This document shows, piece after piece, positions 48,693 through 60,200 of a DNA stretch of 64,000 nt. The notes below the pieces were generated by a model. It made no database searches and was not told the origin of the DNA. It saw nothing but the letters and a program-made list of their open reading frames with translations. The position numbers and the translations under genes were made by a program. This DNA is from Trichoplax adhaerens (lineage: Eukaryota; Animalia; Placozoa), in assembly GCF_000150275.1 (NCBI RefSeq), contig NW_002060965.1:248001-312000 (forward strand), read 5' to 3'. The first letter of the stretch is position 1; every line of letters starts with the position of its first letter.

Positions 48693-49589
48693 CATGTCTA
48701 CTACATTTATAAACGCTACGTATAACAAAAGTCATTTTGATGGCATGGATACAACGATTTCCGCTAAATCTATGTCTCACTGCTGATATATATTATGTTA
48801 GTGCTACAGCATTAAATCAATTAATCGAATGATGCTTCTTTTAGCTTTAAAATAGAGGATAGCCTTTATAACCTCATAAATTTTTATGAGGCCGGTGATA
48901 TAAGGCTGATTATAATATAGAGAAGCTGTCTTACGACTTTTTATCGTTACGCTAATTATTTCTCTTATATGAATATAAAAATATCAAATATACTCTATTG
49001 GATTTCTATAATATTACACCTTTTAAACATTATTCTGCCTTTCTTTCCGTTATTTACATAAGATCTGGCATAAATATAAAAATAACAAAACTACTGTTAT
49101 ACTAGTTGAAAGAGCAATAGCAGATAGAAATAAACTGTTACCAATGACCATTGACGATAATTATATACTATTTAATTTGGTAATCATCACTAATTTGATT
49201 CCAACTTTATTCTCAATCCTCTACTATCAAACAAATTTCTAATTAGTTTTACTGCAGTCATAATTAAAATAATACAGCATACTAGAACAATTATATCTCA
49301 GGTAGACAAATAATCAATATTTAAGACTTCCATTAGTCCGATATTAGTCGTCTTGCAAAGACATAGAAGTTTGTACTTTTCGATATAACCATTTTAAATC
49401 TCAAAACACAGAATAGGAAAGAATATTAGCACGCATAGCGGTACGGACATACTGTCTTGAAAGACTTTAAATTTCCCAAAAATAGTTAGTTCTTCCATTT
49501 TAGATAATCATAAAGTAAAAAATGAACGCATATTTCTAATCTGCTATGCTATAGGAAAGAAATCATTAGCACTTGATTGAATGCCTTAA

Positions 49590-50545
49590 TACTTAAATTC
49601 ATTTTTAATCCATATTGTCACGTTCTGAACTTTAATTAATCCAATTATTCCATGGAATATTTTACAATTTTCATCGGATATATTCAATTTACCAAAACAC
49701 TTCTTCATGAAATGCTAAAAAATTATTTAAGCTTATCTATGGTTTGAATTAAGAATACTTCACGATGGTAGCAATACCGTACTAATTATCATTATTGGTC
49801 GCAATAATACCACGTCGATGAAGAATCTATTCATTTCCAATGCAATATTTTACTTCTTGTACTTTACTTAATCTAATTATTTCATGAAGTGTTTAGAACA
49901 ATCATCGGATATATTCAATTTACCAAAGCGCTATTATTTTGGAATATTGAAAAATTATTTAAGTTAACCCATAGCTTAGATTAAAAGCAATTTAAAATGC
50001 TAGAAAGAAATAGCCATAAAAATCTCATCCTTGATCGCGAAAATACTACAATGAAGAAGAAACTATTTATTTCTAATCTATATTTTTAAGTCCTGAACTT
50101 CAGTAAATCCAATTATTTCAAAAACCATTTTTACAATTTTCTTTGGATATATTCAATTTACTAAAGCGATATGGTTTTATGATACTAAAATTATTGAAGG
50201 TAACCCCTAAGCATAGATTAAGGATAATTTAAAATGACAGTAAGAAATTGCTGTATAAATCTCATTCTTGATTGCAGTAATACTACCTTGATCAAGAATC
50301 AGTTCATTTCTAATCTATATTTTGGCGCCCTAAATTTAGTATATCCAATTATTTCATGAATAATTTTACAGTTTCCATCAGATATATTCAATTTACCAAA
50401 GCACTACTCTTTCATGATGTAAAAAAATTATTAAAAGTAAACCCATAGCTCACATTAAGGATAACTTAAGATGATAGCGAGAAATTTTTTTACTCAATCT
50501 CATTATTTATCGCAATAATGCCACCTTGATAAAGAAATGACCTTG
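49590..50545. repeat. Tandem repeat, ~235 bp period, about 4 diverged copies
   Basis: Anchor GATATATTCAATTTAC at 49677, 49908, 50146 and 50381 (spacings 231, 238, 235), with further shared blocks ATCCAATTATTTCA, AAAATTATT and TCTCATT.TTGATCGCAATAATAC. Confidence 0.85.
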
Positions 50546-52779
50546 CATAATTTTAAAGCAAAAAAGACAATTAAATCAATCGTATATCATCGGTAAATAA
50601 ACATAAACTGAAAATTATAATAACATTTTCCTATTATGATTATTCTGAATTACGCTACTATGAATATCAATATAAGCGTAGCGCTATCGTTAGGTTCTGA
50701 TTAATAGGAACAAAAGAATGCTAACTTCAATTATCCCTCTTTTACTCTCACAAGACATTATTCATAATGAAAATCATTAGAGTAAACCTCAACTCTAGAT
50801 GTTGCACTACTTACTCTTTGTTACAATTTTACTAAGCACCTTTCAATTAGTACAAGACACAAATAGATATTATAATAGTATAAACGTTATTAAAATTTTC
50901 ATGAAATCGCAGCTATTTAAATCGAGCCTCTCGTTTTTTAATTCATCCTGACTAGTTATTCTTATAATAATTCTCGCCTATTCAGTTGGTATTATAATAA
51001 ATCTTGTTTAAGCTGGAATTAGAAAACTATATCAAAAATATCGTAATAATTCTATCGAGATATAGTTGTACCTGTATCCTCTTATTACTTGCAGCATGCA
51101 ATATGATTTGTAAAACCTTCAATCAAAGCACCATCTTGACTTTTAAATCTGCTACGATACCGAAGCTAGCCTATAGAATCATCGATTGCCACAAAAAGGA
51201 AATTTTTTGTCCGTAAAAGTTATTTTGCACAATTAGCATCTTAACGTTTCCAAATATCATTACTGAGCAAGATAAACTAGAGCATTTTTATGATCCTTAA
51301 AATGTAAGTATTTCTTACAATAGGCCTAAATTTTATCATTATATTAAGCACTTTATCCATTAAATTATTGTAAATACAAAATATCAAAAATTGCTGATCC
51401 TCCAAAGTAAAAATTTATGTCTTAAGCTCGATTACGTAATAATCACAAAACTGACTTCATAGATAAAATTTCTATTTACAATTTCTCAGCAACATTGAAA
51501 ATTCTACTTGGCATCAATCTTTACTAAAAAAAATTCATTTCTACTATAATTTAGCAATATTTAAGTTGTAGTCAGTAAAACTCATTCAAGTACAACCCTA
51601 ACAGTTGCTAGCCGCTATTGCTGGCCATTGCAGAAGAATTCAATTATCATTACATTATAATGAAAAGTTAAATTTGTATAGACTGTCATTTCTGAAGTTT
51701 TAATTGACGTAGCAGTATCCTCCAATGCATCATTCAAAACGAATTGGGTACGACATTTTACCATATTGACATCAAAAGCGCACGACTTATGATGCGTAAA
51801 TGGCATAGGAAACATGATAATTATCGCATGTCTATAATAACGAACGAGACCATCAGCTAACCATTTGATAAATCCAATCAAGAAATATGTTTACAAGCAT
51901 TCTTACTGAAAACAAATAAGCCTATCAAATAAATACATACAAATGACAAATTAACCATCAGTTATACAATATAGCATGTATACTATAGACGAAAAAAGGC
52001 ATACAGTAAAGCCTCATTAAATCAAATATGGGATGATAATGTTTCTTAATGAAGAGGTTATGAATAACTTTCTCTTGCCTTTTAAAATGTATAGCTAGAT
52101 CAGAGCAGTAAAACTAGAAATTGATCCTAGGGAATCTTTCACTTTTACATTCTTTCGGGTATAATATCTTTTTCATTCACTCTTGATGAATGTTGGATTT
52201 GTGTATTGCCTTAAAATGTAACGATCATTAAAATAGATTTAGATGTAATAGCTACACTTCATTTTATGAAATAAAATTAATCTAGCTGAAAATGACTAAA
52301 GTAAACTCAAGAAATACCTAACTGTTTTCGTATTTCCTAAAACCTTTGAAACCTTTCTAAAATATACTCTTATCATATCTTCAAATCTCTAACAGATCAA
52401 TACAAATTTCAAAATAGATTTTCATAATTATGCTTCTATACTATCACCAAATCGTTGATCTAGAGAAACGAATGCAATTCTAAAAATAAATCATTCTTGC
52501 GGGCTAGTTATAAGATTATGTGAAAGTCTATTCACGAAAATCATGCTGCAGCATCAAAATATGCATGGTTACTAATAATACTCGATAATGAAATCGTTAA
52601 CTTTCTAACGTAATTTTCATTTTAAGTAATATAAAAATTATATTTTGCCAGGATATGATAAGATATCGAAGTATTCACATAATGTCTTGCCGACTCAAAA
52701 ATCAACTTTGAAAACATTTCTTTTATTGAACTTCTACTAACACGTGAATTGCTTCTCTTTCTTCCTTATAAAATAATAG

Positions 52780-53780
52780 TATCTATCGCTCCAGAATACA
52801 TGGTTAGTGGCATTTTTACAATTTTATCCAATGCAACATTATTAGCACTTATTCTATCAAGCAGAAGATTGAGGACTATACGCCATGTAATTATTATGAG
52901 CACATTAGTTGCTGGAATTTTATTTGCTGCATCATACATAATCCCGCGATTTGCAATCCTGCTAACCAATGGAACCCTAAGCTTTCCTCGCGATTTTCGT
53001 TGCGGTATCCTGTCACGTATTGGACAATCATTATTTTTATGCTTAAATCTCCACCTATTAATCCACGTATTAGAAGTTTATATTCTAGTCGTTTATCCAT
53101 TTCGCACTCAACAATGGTTGAGAAAGAAAATGATCACGATCATTTTAGTCGTTATTTGGTCTATTACTATTTTAATTCCGACGGTATTTCAGCTGTATTT
53201 CGAGCTGAAAGCAATTGCGGATACGCGTTTTAATGAATTAGCATGTGCACAAGTTTCTACAACCTTATTAACTGTTATTAGCTTATGTTTAGCTTTACTT
53301 TCATTTTCAATCTTAGTTGTATCATCAGTAGCTTATGCTCATGTCTTACATATCACTAATCGCGCTATTACAGAAACATATAAAGTATTAAATCGTCTTT
53401 CCATCAATTTTGATGAAGGTAATACTAAAGTTTCACGTCAGAAGAAAAAAATTTCTAACTTAAAATTAAGAATTAAAAGTGTATTTCAAGCCCTAGTATT
53501 TTATCTATTTTATCTATTATCCTTAACGCCATTTTTAATTCTGATTATTTATACTCAGTTTGCATATACCATCTATCTACTCCCATGGCCGTCGCAGCTT
53601 CGTGTAGTATTTCGTTATATACAATATATTGCTTTTTTCTTTCCAGCAATACAGCCAATTTTATTCCTTCTGTTTACTGCTGAATTTCGCAAAGAAATGA
53701 AATTATACGGAAAAAGAGTACCAGTAAGCACCTCTTTATCTAAAAGAGGGCTTTCAACGATGGGTGCATTTTCTACTTAA
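52780..53780 (+). CDS. Class A (rhodopsin-like) 7TM GPCR, orphan, with atypical motifs; start codon unresolved
   Basis: Seven hydrophobic segments: TM1 ILSNATLL, IC1 RRLRT, C at the TM3 start (FRC), LEVYILVVYPF at the DRY position, TM4 VIWSI, TM6 LSLTPF, TM7 AIQPILF, helix 8 EFRKEM. The ORF-track start at 52749 is a TTG; the first in-frame ATG is at 52800. Confidence 0.88.
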
Positions 53781-54478
53781 TAATTAAATTATATAATTAT
53801 TTCAAAGGATTCGTTAGTAGTAGCATTTAATGTTGATACGTTTACAATTTCCATAAATTAATCTAGAAGAATTGCTAATTTAGTTATTATGAAATGTTTC
53901 AAATGTTACATAGCTGATCATATTACAAGTGCTATAATTAATCATTAAAGGGATTGTTAATGTATTGAAATAAACGGAAATTTTATGATTATTATTGAAT
54001 TGTTATCTAATTTATTCAAATGGACTGCTAGATATTTATAAAATACTTAAAAATATATTAATTATCTCGCATATTATAGTTCATTTTTTTCTGACCATTC
54101 AGCTATTTCTCTTGTAATTTCTTCCATTTTATTTTTAATGGATCAATTTACTAATACAGACTTGACTTAATATAAATTTATCAGCATTAAATTATGAAAC
54201 TTTCATAAAAACTCTTCTCCAACAATTTCATTTGTGAAGTTCTTATTGAAAATCTTTTAAAAGTAAGTTTAGAAAAATATTTGAATATTATTTAAGTTTA
54301 GCAATTCTAGCTATGAAATCAGCGTCGAAATCATTACTGCACTGTAGCTGATTCGATATAATGAGAGTATTAGCATAATATAATAAAGAATTATAACATC
54401 TATTTTTATCATAAAATCTAGCTGTTAGAGTATTTCCATTGTTTATAATAGATTTATTTTTAAATGAAGCCCTTCTTC

Positions 54479-54985
54479 TGTTACGAGCTAGGAATAGCCC
54501 TAACTTGCTGCAAGGACTGAGAGAGTGACTTCTACCCTTTATTACTGTTATTCAGAATACCAAACAATTGATATTCCAAAACAGACATGGTTTAACATAA
54601 GGAAACCTTCAAGACTTACTAAAAAATAATAATCTAATTTATTGTCAGCGAACTCGCCGTTTATATAGGTTTCGGACCTAAAACCGGTTTAGCTCCGTAA
54701 GCTACTTAACTCATCTATAATAAATTAACCAAATTACTACCCTAAAGAGATTCTATCTGTACAGATTAAATACAGCCTAATCCTATTAAGTTTACTGTAA
54801 CAGTATTAAAATAATCAATGCTTATTAATTGTCTGACCGATACATATAAAGCTTTCCTTTTAAGACATTTCCTCTAAACTTAGGAATTGTACTTTGAACC
54901 TTAACAACTTCGGAGGTGATAGATATAATCCACTTTAGCTGATTGGTAATTACTTTTTTAGTCTATGTAATCTTACATTGTGACA
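54479..54985 (-). mobile_element. Solo LTR family H (507 bp)
   Basis: Termini TGTTACGA...TTGTGACA. Perfect TSD TCTTC at 54474-54478 and 54986-54990. Minus-strand TATATAAA (54660-54667) and AATAAA (54538-54543). Confidence 0.8.
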
Positions 54986-55471
54986 TCTTCATTCCTAAGT
55001 TATAATTGAAATAGATATGTTTTGTACTAGCTTATCGGTAAAGTCATGCCATTTGAATACCCTTAAATAATCATTGTTTCAATATTCAAAATAAAAATCG
55101 TTCATAGCTTACGATAGATGATCGCAATCATATCTTGCTAACTTATTGTCGCGGTGTGAACTATCATGAAGAGTTGAATAACTGAATTCAGTTAATTAAC
55201 ATTTATATATGGATATAACTATTGATGGCTTACAGTAAGCATCACGGTAGTTATTTTATTATAGTACATTATGCTGTACTGTAGTAAGAGTTATTATATA
55301 GTTACTGATATTAAATTGATTATAGTACGTACTACGTCTTATTACGCTTGTGATTAATATCCTGCAGATCTTCACTTACAGATGATACCATAAATAACGC
55401 TAAAAATGGACATACAGTAGTCTAATTATCTAAAATCATTCGGTACATATCCACGATTATGAATGTCCCTC

Positions 55472-55991
55472 TGTAATGTAACTTAGTATCATGATTGTAG
55501 ACTGTTAGCCATGTTTAGTATAATGTACGGTAGATATTTGGTAGCCATAAATATAGACTGTAGTGGTATAGACTCTATGCTAGAGTAAAGATGACCATAT
55601 ACAGTAAGATAATGAGCTACTAATAAGGTTAGAGGTAGAAATTGAATTGTAAATAATATATCAGAATATGCTTAGTTCATTATACTTTTGAGTGGTAGGA
55701 ATAATGTCTATGAAAATACTGTAATCATTTCCAAATTGGATTAATAATAGTTCGCTGTTGAATATTGTAACTAATAGTAAGCTGAATAAGTGTAGAATAC
55801 GGTAGAATGCTGCTGATTGTAACTGCGAAGGCTACCGAGAGTGTAAAAGCAGGTGACATTAGATTATCTGCTTTTGCTTTCTAGAAGTCTTTGAGTAGTT
55901 GTATTTGGCTAGAGTAGAGCTGTTAGTAGCTAGTCTTCGTATAATATTAATATCTGTAACTTTGAAATTTTCGTGATCGGACTTTATCACA
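55472..55991 (+). mobile_element. Solo LTR family A, copy 3 (diverged, inverted relative to copies 1 and 2, no matching TSD)
   Basis: Reverse-complement homolog of 5398-5949 with termini TGTAATGTAAC...TATCACA. Flanks CCCTC / AGAAT do not match. Confidence 0.82.
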
Positions 55992-57294
55992 AGAATCCAC
56001 TTTTCTTCCCTCATAGCAACAGTCGAAAATGACTAAGATAAACCGGATAATCGACTTCGCCTCCATGTTAACAATTCCTTATTATCTAACAGTTATATTA
56101 TGGTATATTACACAAAAACACCGCCTTATATGCCGACTACTGCGGCTTTATACATACATAGTACGAATAGTATAAGCATAACGTTTCATCATCAGCAATC
56201 TTGAAACTATTTTGTACTATAGTACTGTTCTTCTTAATGCTACGGTACATCAGTTACTACAGTAATTAGCTGAAACTGCTACACTCCTATAAATACTTTT
56301 TTGCATCATTTCTATAAATCCATTAATTTACGCTTATCTTTCATGTTCTTACTTGAAAAATTATTCTACTGTACATACTGACTGACATTATTTATGAATG
56401 CAAATTATGGAAATCCTTATAAACCGGGGTATTTGGTAAATCTAGAAGTTACAACAATCTCTTCAGATATTTATTTGCATAAGTAATATTTTACCTATAT
56501 CATGAGTTCTGGCTAGCAAAAAAATATGCTAGGATATTGTAATGAGCTGAATACCATGAACATTTTCAAATATAGCGTACATTGAAGATATTAGGTTAAT
56601 CTTTTTTTATTTGTAAATGATTTTCAATCCGCAGTTTTCGAAATTTCTTAGCACCCTATATTACACATCTACTCGTAGCCGATAATTTAGACATTGTTAG
56701 CATTAGTAACTACGAATCACGATATTCCAAATCCTCTGTAACTGCATATAATTCTACATCCGCAATCTGTAATTTCTCGATTAATATTGAAAATTTTAAA
56801 TAATAATTAAAATAGAAGTAAAGCACAGAGAATTTGAAAAGAATTCTCTTTCAGCAACATCTTATGTCATACGCAACAGGTAAATTCTAATACTTTACAG
56901 CAAATTTCTGGTGTCTAAAGTATTTTATGAAGCTCAAATGACTTGATCATTATAAAATTTTTTCTCGAAATTTACAATTCCTAAGCTTCTGATCCATTAG
57001 TACTACGCCTAAACTCTTAACATTAGTCCATCATGTCGATACTTTGCCAGCACGTTTAATGATTCGTTCGCTATAATCCACATAAAATAGATAACTTATG
57101 GATTAGTATACAACATTAAATCACTTCAATGAAGCATGCAGTTAGTATGCGTAAAATAGATCGAAAACTATAGAATTATTTCCAAATCTGATTAATGATG
57201 GGCTTAATAATCGGTAATTTAAAGTAATAATTTATTGCTTTTCATATCAATATAGATTAAGGAAGATCATATGTCCTACGACATTTATCCTAAC

Positions 57295-60200
57295 TCACTT
57301 CTTTTCGGCAATAATTTGATTTAGCGCAAAACGCTTTGAGTTTGCATCACCTTTGCGCTTGGATGTTTGACCTCGTGTCTTATCAAGAATACTCAAGTCT
57401 CTCAATTTCTCCAAGTGTTCCAAACGTCTTGCATCGAGTATTCTCTAAATGTAACAAGGATATGCTTAGAACGTAGTCACAGTAGGTGCAGACATTTAAA
57501 TTGAGCTTACCTTCTCTTCAAACAGCTCCTGTCCTCGGCGAGTTTTGGCATTAACTAATGTTATATCAGGATCGGCTACTCTTTGGGTAGCACGTAATCG
57601 TTCTAAACATCGATTAAAGTAGCCAGTGAATCAATAAGTTAATGAATAAATCAGTAGATTTTTGAAAACGAAACATCATTATGGAACAAAGATTGACTAT
57701 CTTGGATATTTACCGGATTTCTTATCCATCAATTTCTGTTTTAATTCATTAACTTGCTTATCATTAATTTCTTGACGTATGGTCAAGTTCTTTGTTCGTT
57801 CTAATCTGTTTTATGATTGGAGGTTATATTTTGGATTACTCAAATATCCAAGGTAAAATCAGTACTTAATCTTTAATTAATCAGATAAAATCATGTCCTT
57901 TATATGTTCATTATCTATACATATGAGTATATCATTTATTAGTAGAGAATGGACGTCCGTAAATTTTGATGTAATATTCAATAGTACATAGCTAATCATT
58001 GTCTTAATAAGCAATAAATCGAATGCTTACTTCAATGCTGCTTGGCGCGTTTGCTCCATACGATGTTTTGAAATAGTTTCTAATTTTTCAATCAACATCT
58101 GATCTTTTTGCTAATGATTACAAAATAATTCATCAGTTGGTGAAGTAAACAAGTCTTTGCAATTAAATATACAAAAAGTAAATAGAATATTATTTTGTCT
58201 AATTCAGTAATCATAAATATTATTGAAATTACCCTTTTCGACTCTAAGATCTCGTCTCTCTTCTTTTCTTCATCTTCTTGTTTTGCGATTTTCATTAATG
58301 TTAACCGTTCGCGTAACTGCAATTCAAAAGCCATTAGTTAATGCGCATTTTTCTCATTCATACGGTAATATTTCAATAGATTTACACTGTAGCTCTTACC
58401 TCAGCAATGGACATATCGTTCAAGAAACCAGGACTATTTGTTTCAGTAATATCGAAAAACTAAAATTGAAGGAAAGAAAACTTTTGCATTAGATCATGAG
58501 CAGGGCAAAGAGAGACGAGTTTAAATTAATCTTAAGTAATTACAGCAAAATAAAAATTTTTGAGATCTACAATCAGGCCATTGATGGTTATAGCTAATGA
58601 TTTAAGTCTGTATGAAAAATAAATGTTAAAATGATTCCCCATAAAAGGTAAAGTAGCTTGAACTATCATGCAGTTTATACAGCTTGCTGTAACCTTTATT
58701 TACAGCTATTAAATAGAAAATAAGAAACAAACAGATTCTTTCCGTAGGTAATACTCTAGAAATCTGCCTAGGATAGATTATTAAGTCCATATTATTATTT
58801 GCAAGAAATTTTTTAGAAACTCTGACCAACTAAAGTAGTACTATTTCAATTTGATATTGCGGTTGAGAATTAATATAAACACCTAACGAAATAATGCATT
58901 ATAGTGTTACCTTAGTCCTAATAATCGGAACGCTTTCCATGGCCTTAATCTGTTGTATTAATTCTATTTTTCTCTTCATTTCTTGTTCAGCCTGCAGCAT
59001 GAATAAGATATTTAAAGTCAACATTGAATTTATCAACATTTAAAGCTAAACATTAGCAGAAGCGATCAATAACGACCATTAATTAATTCTTTATAAAGAT
59101 TTTAGCTTACCTCTTCTAAAGCTTTTCTCATCAGCTCCTGGCTCTCTTTATTAACTTCTCGTACTAAAGGCGAAAGATAAGTAAATTCAATATCTTAGAC
59201 ATGCTATGCAAAGATACTCATCTGAATAACCGGATAGACCTGTTAGAATAAACTGCAGTAAAACGCAAGGTCGATTACCTAGACTTTGTTTATATTCCTG
59301 TAGCTTGATTTTGGCCTCTTTGACGTTCTTTTTATCCATAATTGTATTTTCAACTAAAGTTCTAATTGTGCATAAAAGAAATAAAACCATCTTAACGCCA
59401 AATAAAGTAAACCATTATTAGAAATCTTTTTAATGCTATTATATTTTCCGCTTTCTTATCAGCTTATATTAATCGCAAACTAGAAAGCTAGTCTGAATAT
59501 CAAACCTCATTTCCGCCTCCTCTTTCAGTCTCTGCTGTAAGTATTGCTGCATCATTTCTTCAGTCTATTATAATTGTCAATAAATCCAGAAGAGAAGCAC
59601 TAAACTTCGTGCTTTCCGATATAAATTTTGAAATTGATTTTGCTAATACCTCCACTTTTAATGCTTGAACAGTCTCTCGGTTTTCTTTAATTTTATTTTG
59701 CCTAGCTAAAATGGCCTCTTCATGGCTTATCCTTCCTTCCTGCGTTAAAGATAATAGATATTTCGAATATTAAAAAGTTTCAAGCGTTATAGAAACTTTA
59801 CATATACTTACCAAACGCTTTCTCTCGATTTCAGCAAGCTTTTCCTGAAAATCTCGCTAATTATAATAAAAATGACTAAAATCAAATTCCATGATGTAAG
59901 AATACTATACGGGTTCTGTTATCATGTACATGCATTATATACAAACTAGCTCTTAGCAGAGCTTATGAGTTCATAAATAAAGACTAACTACCTCAACAAA
60001 ATAAATTAGGACCTAATTTCATTTCATTCTAGGTCGAAAATGTTCAAATGTACAGGACTGAATTTTTAAATTTCATTCTATTACCTCTCTCATGGAAGCC
60101 TGCCACTCTAAAAATTCTGATTCATCCTTTTGACCAGCTTCTAATTCCGCAAGCCTATGGGATAAGTACCAATATTCTAAGCTCAGTTTGTAGACTAAAC

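Noticed and set aside
49590-50545. CRISPR-like array (constant 16-mer with variable intervening DNA)
   Set aside because: The intervening sequences are homologous to each other, the period is 235 bp, the context is eukaryotic and there are no cas genes.
51615-51881. 88-aa minus-strand ORF (likewise 29456-29641 and 46247-46534)
   Set aside because: No recognisable domain, no consistent splice structure and no paralog in the window.
58092-59390. ORFs 58092-58334 and 59187-59390 as separate genes
   Set aside because: They are CFAP99 exons read through into flanking introns.
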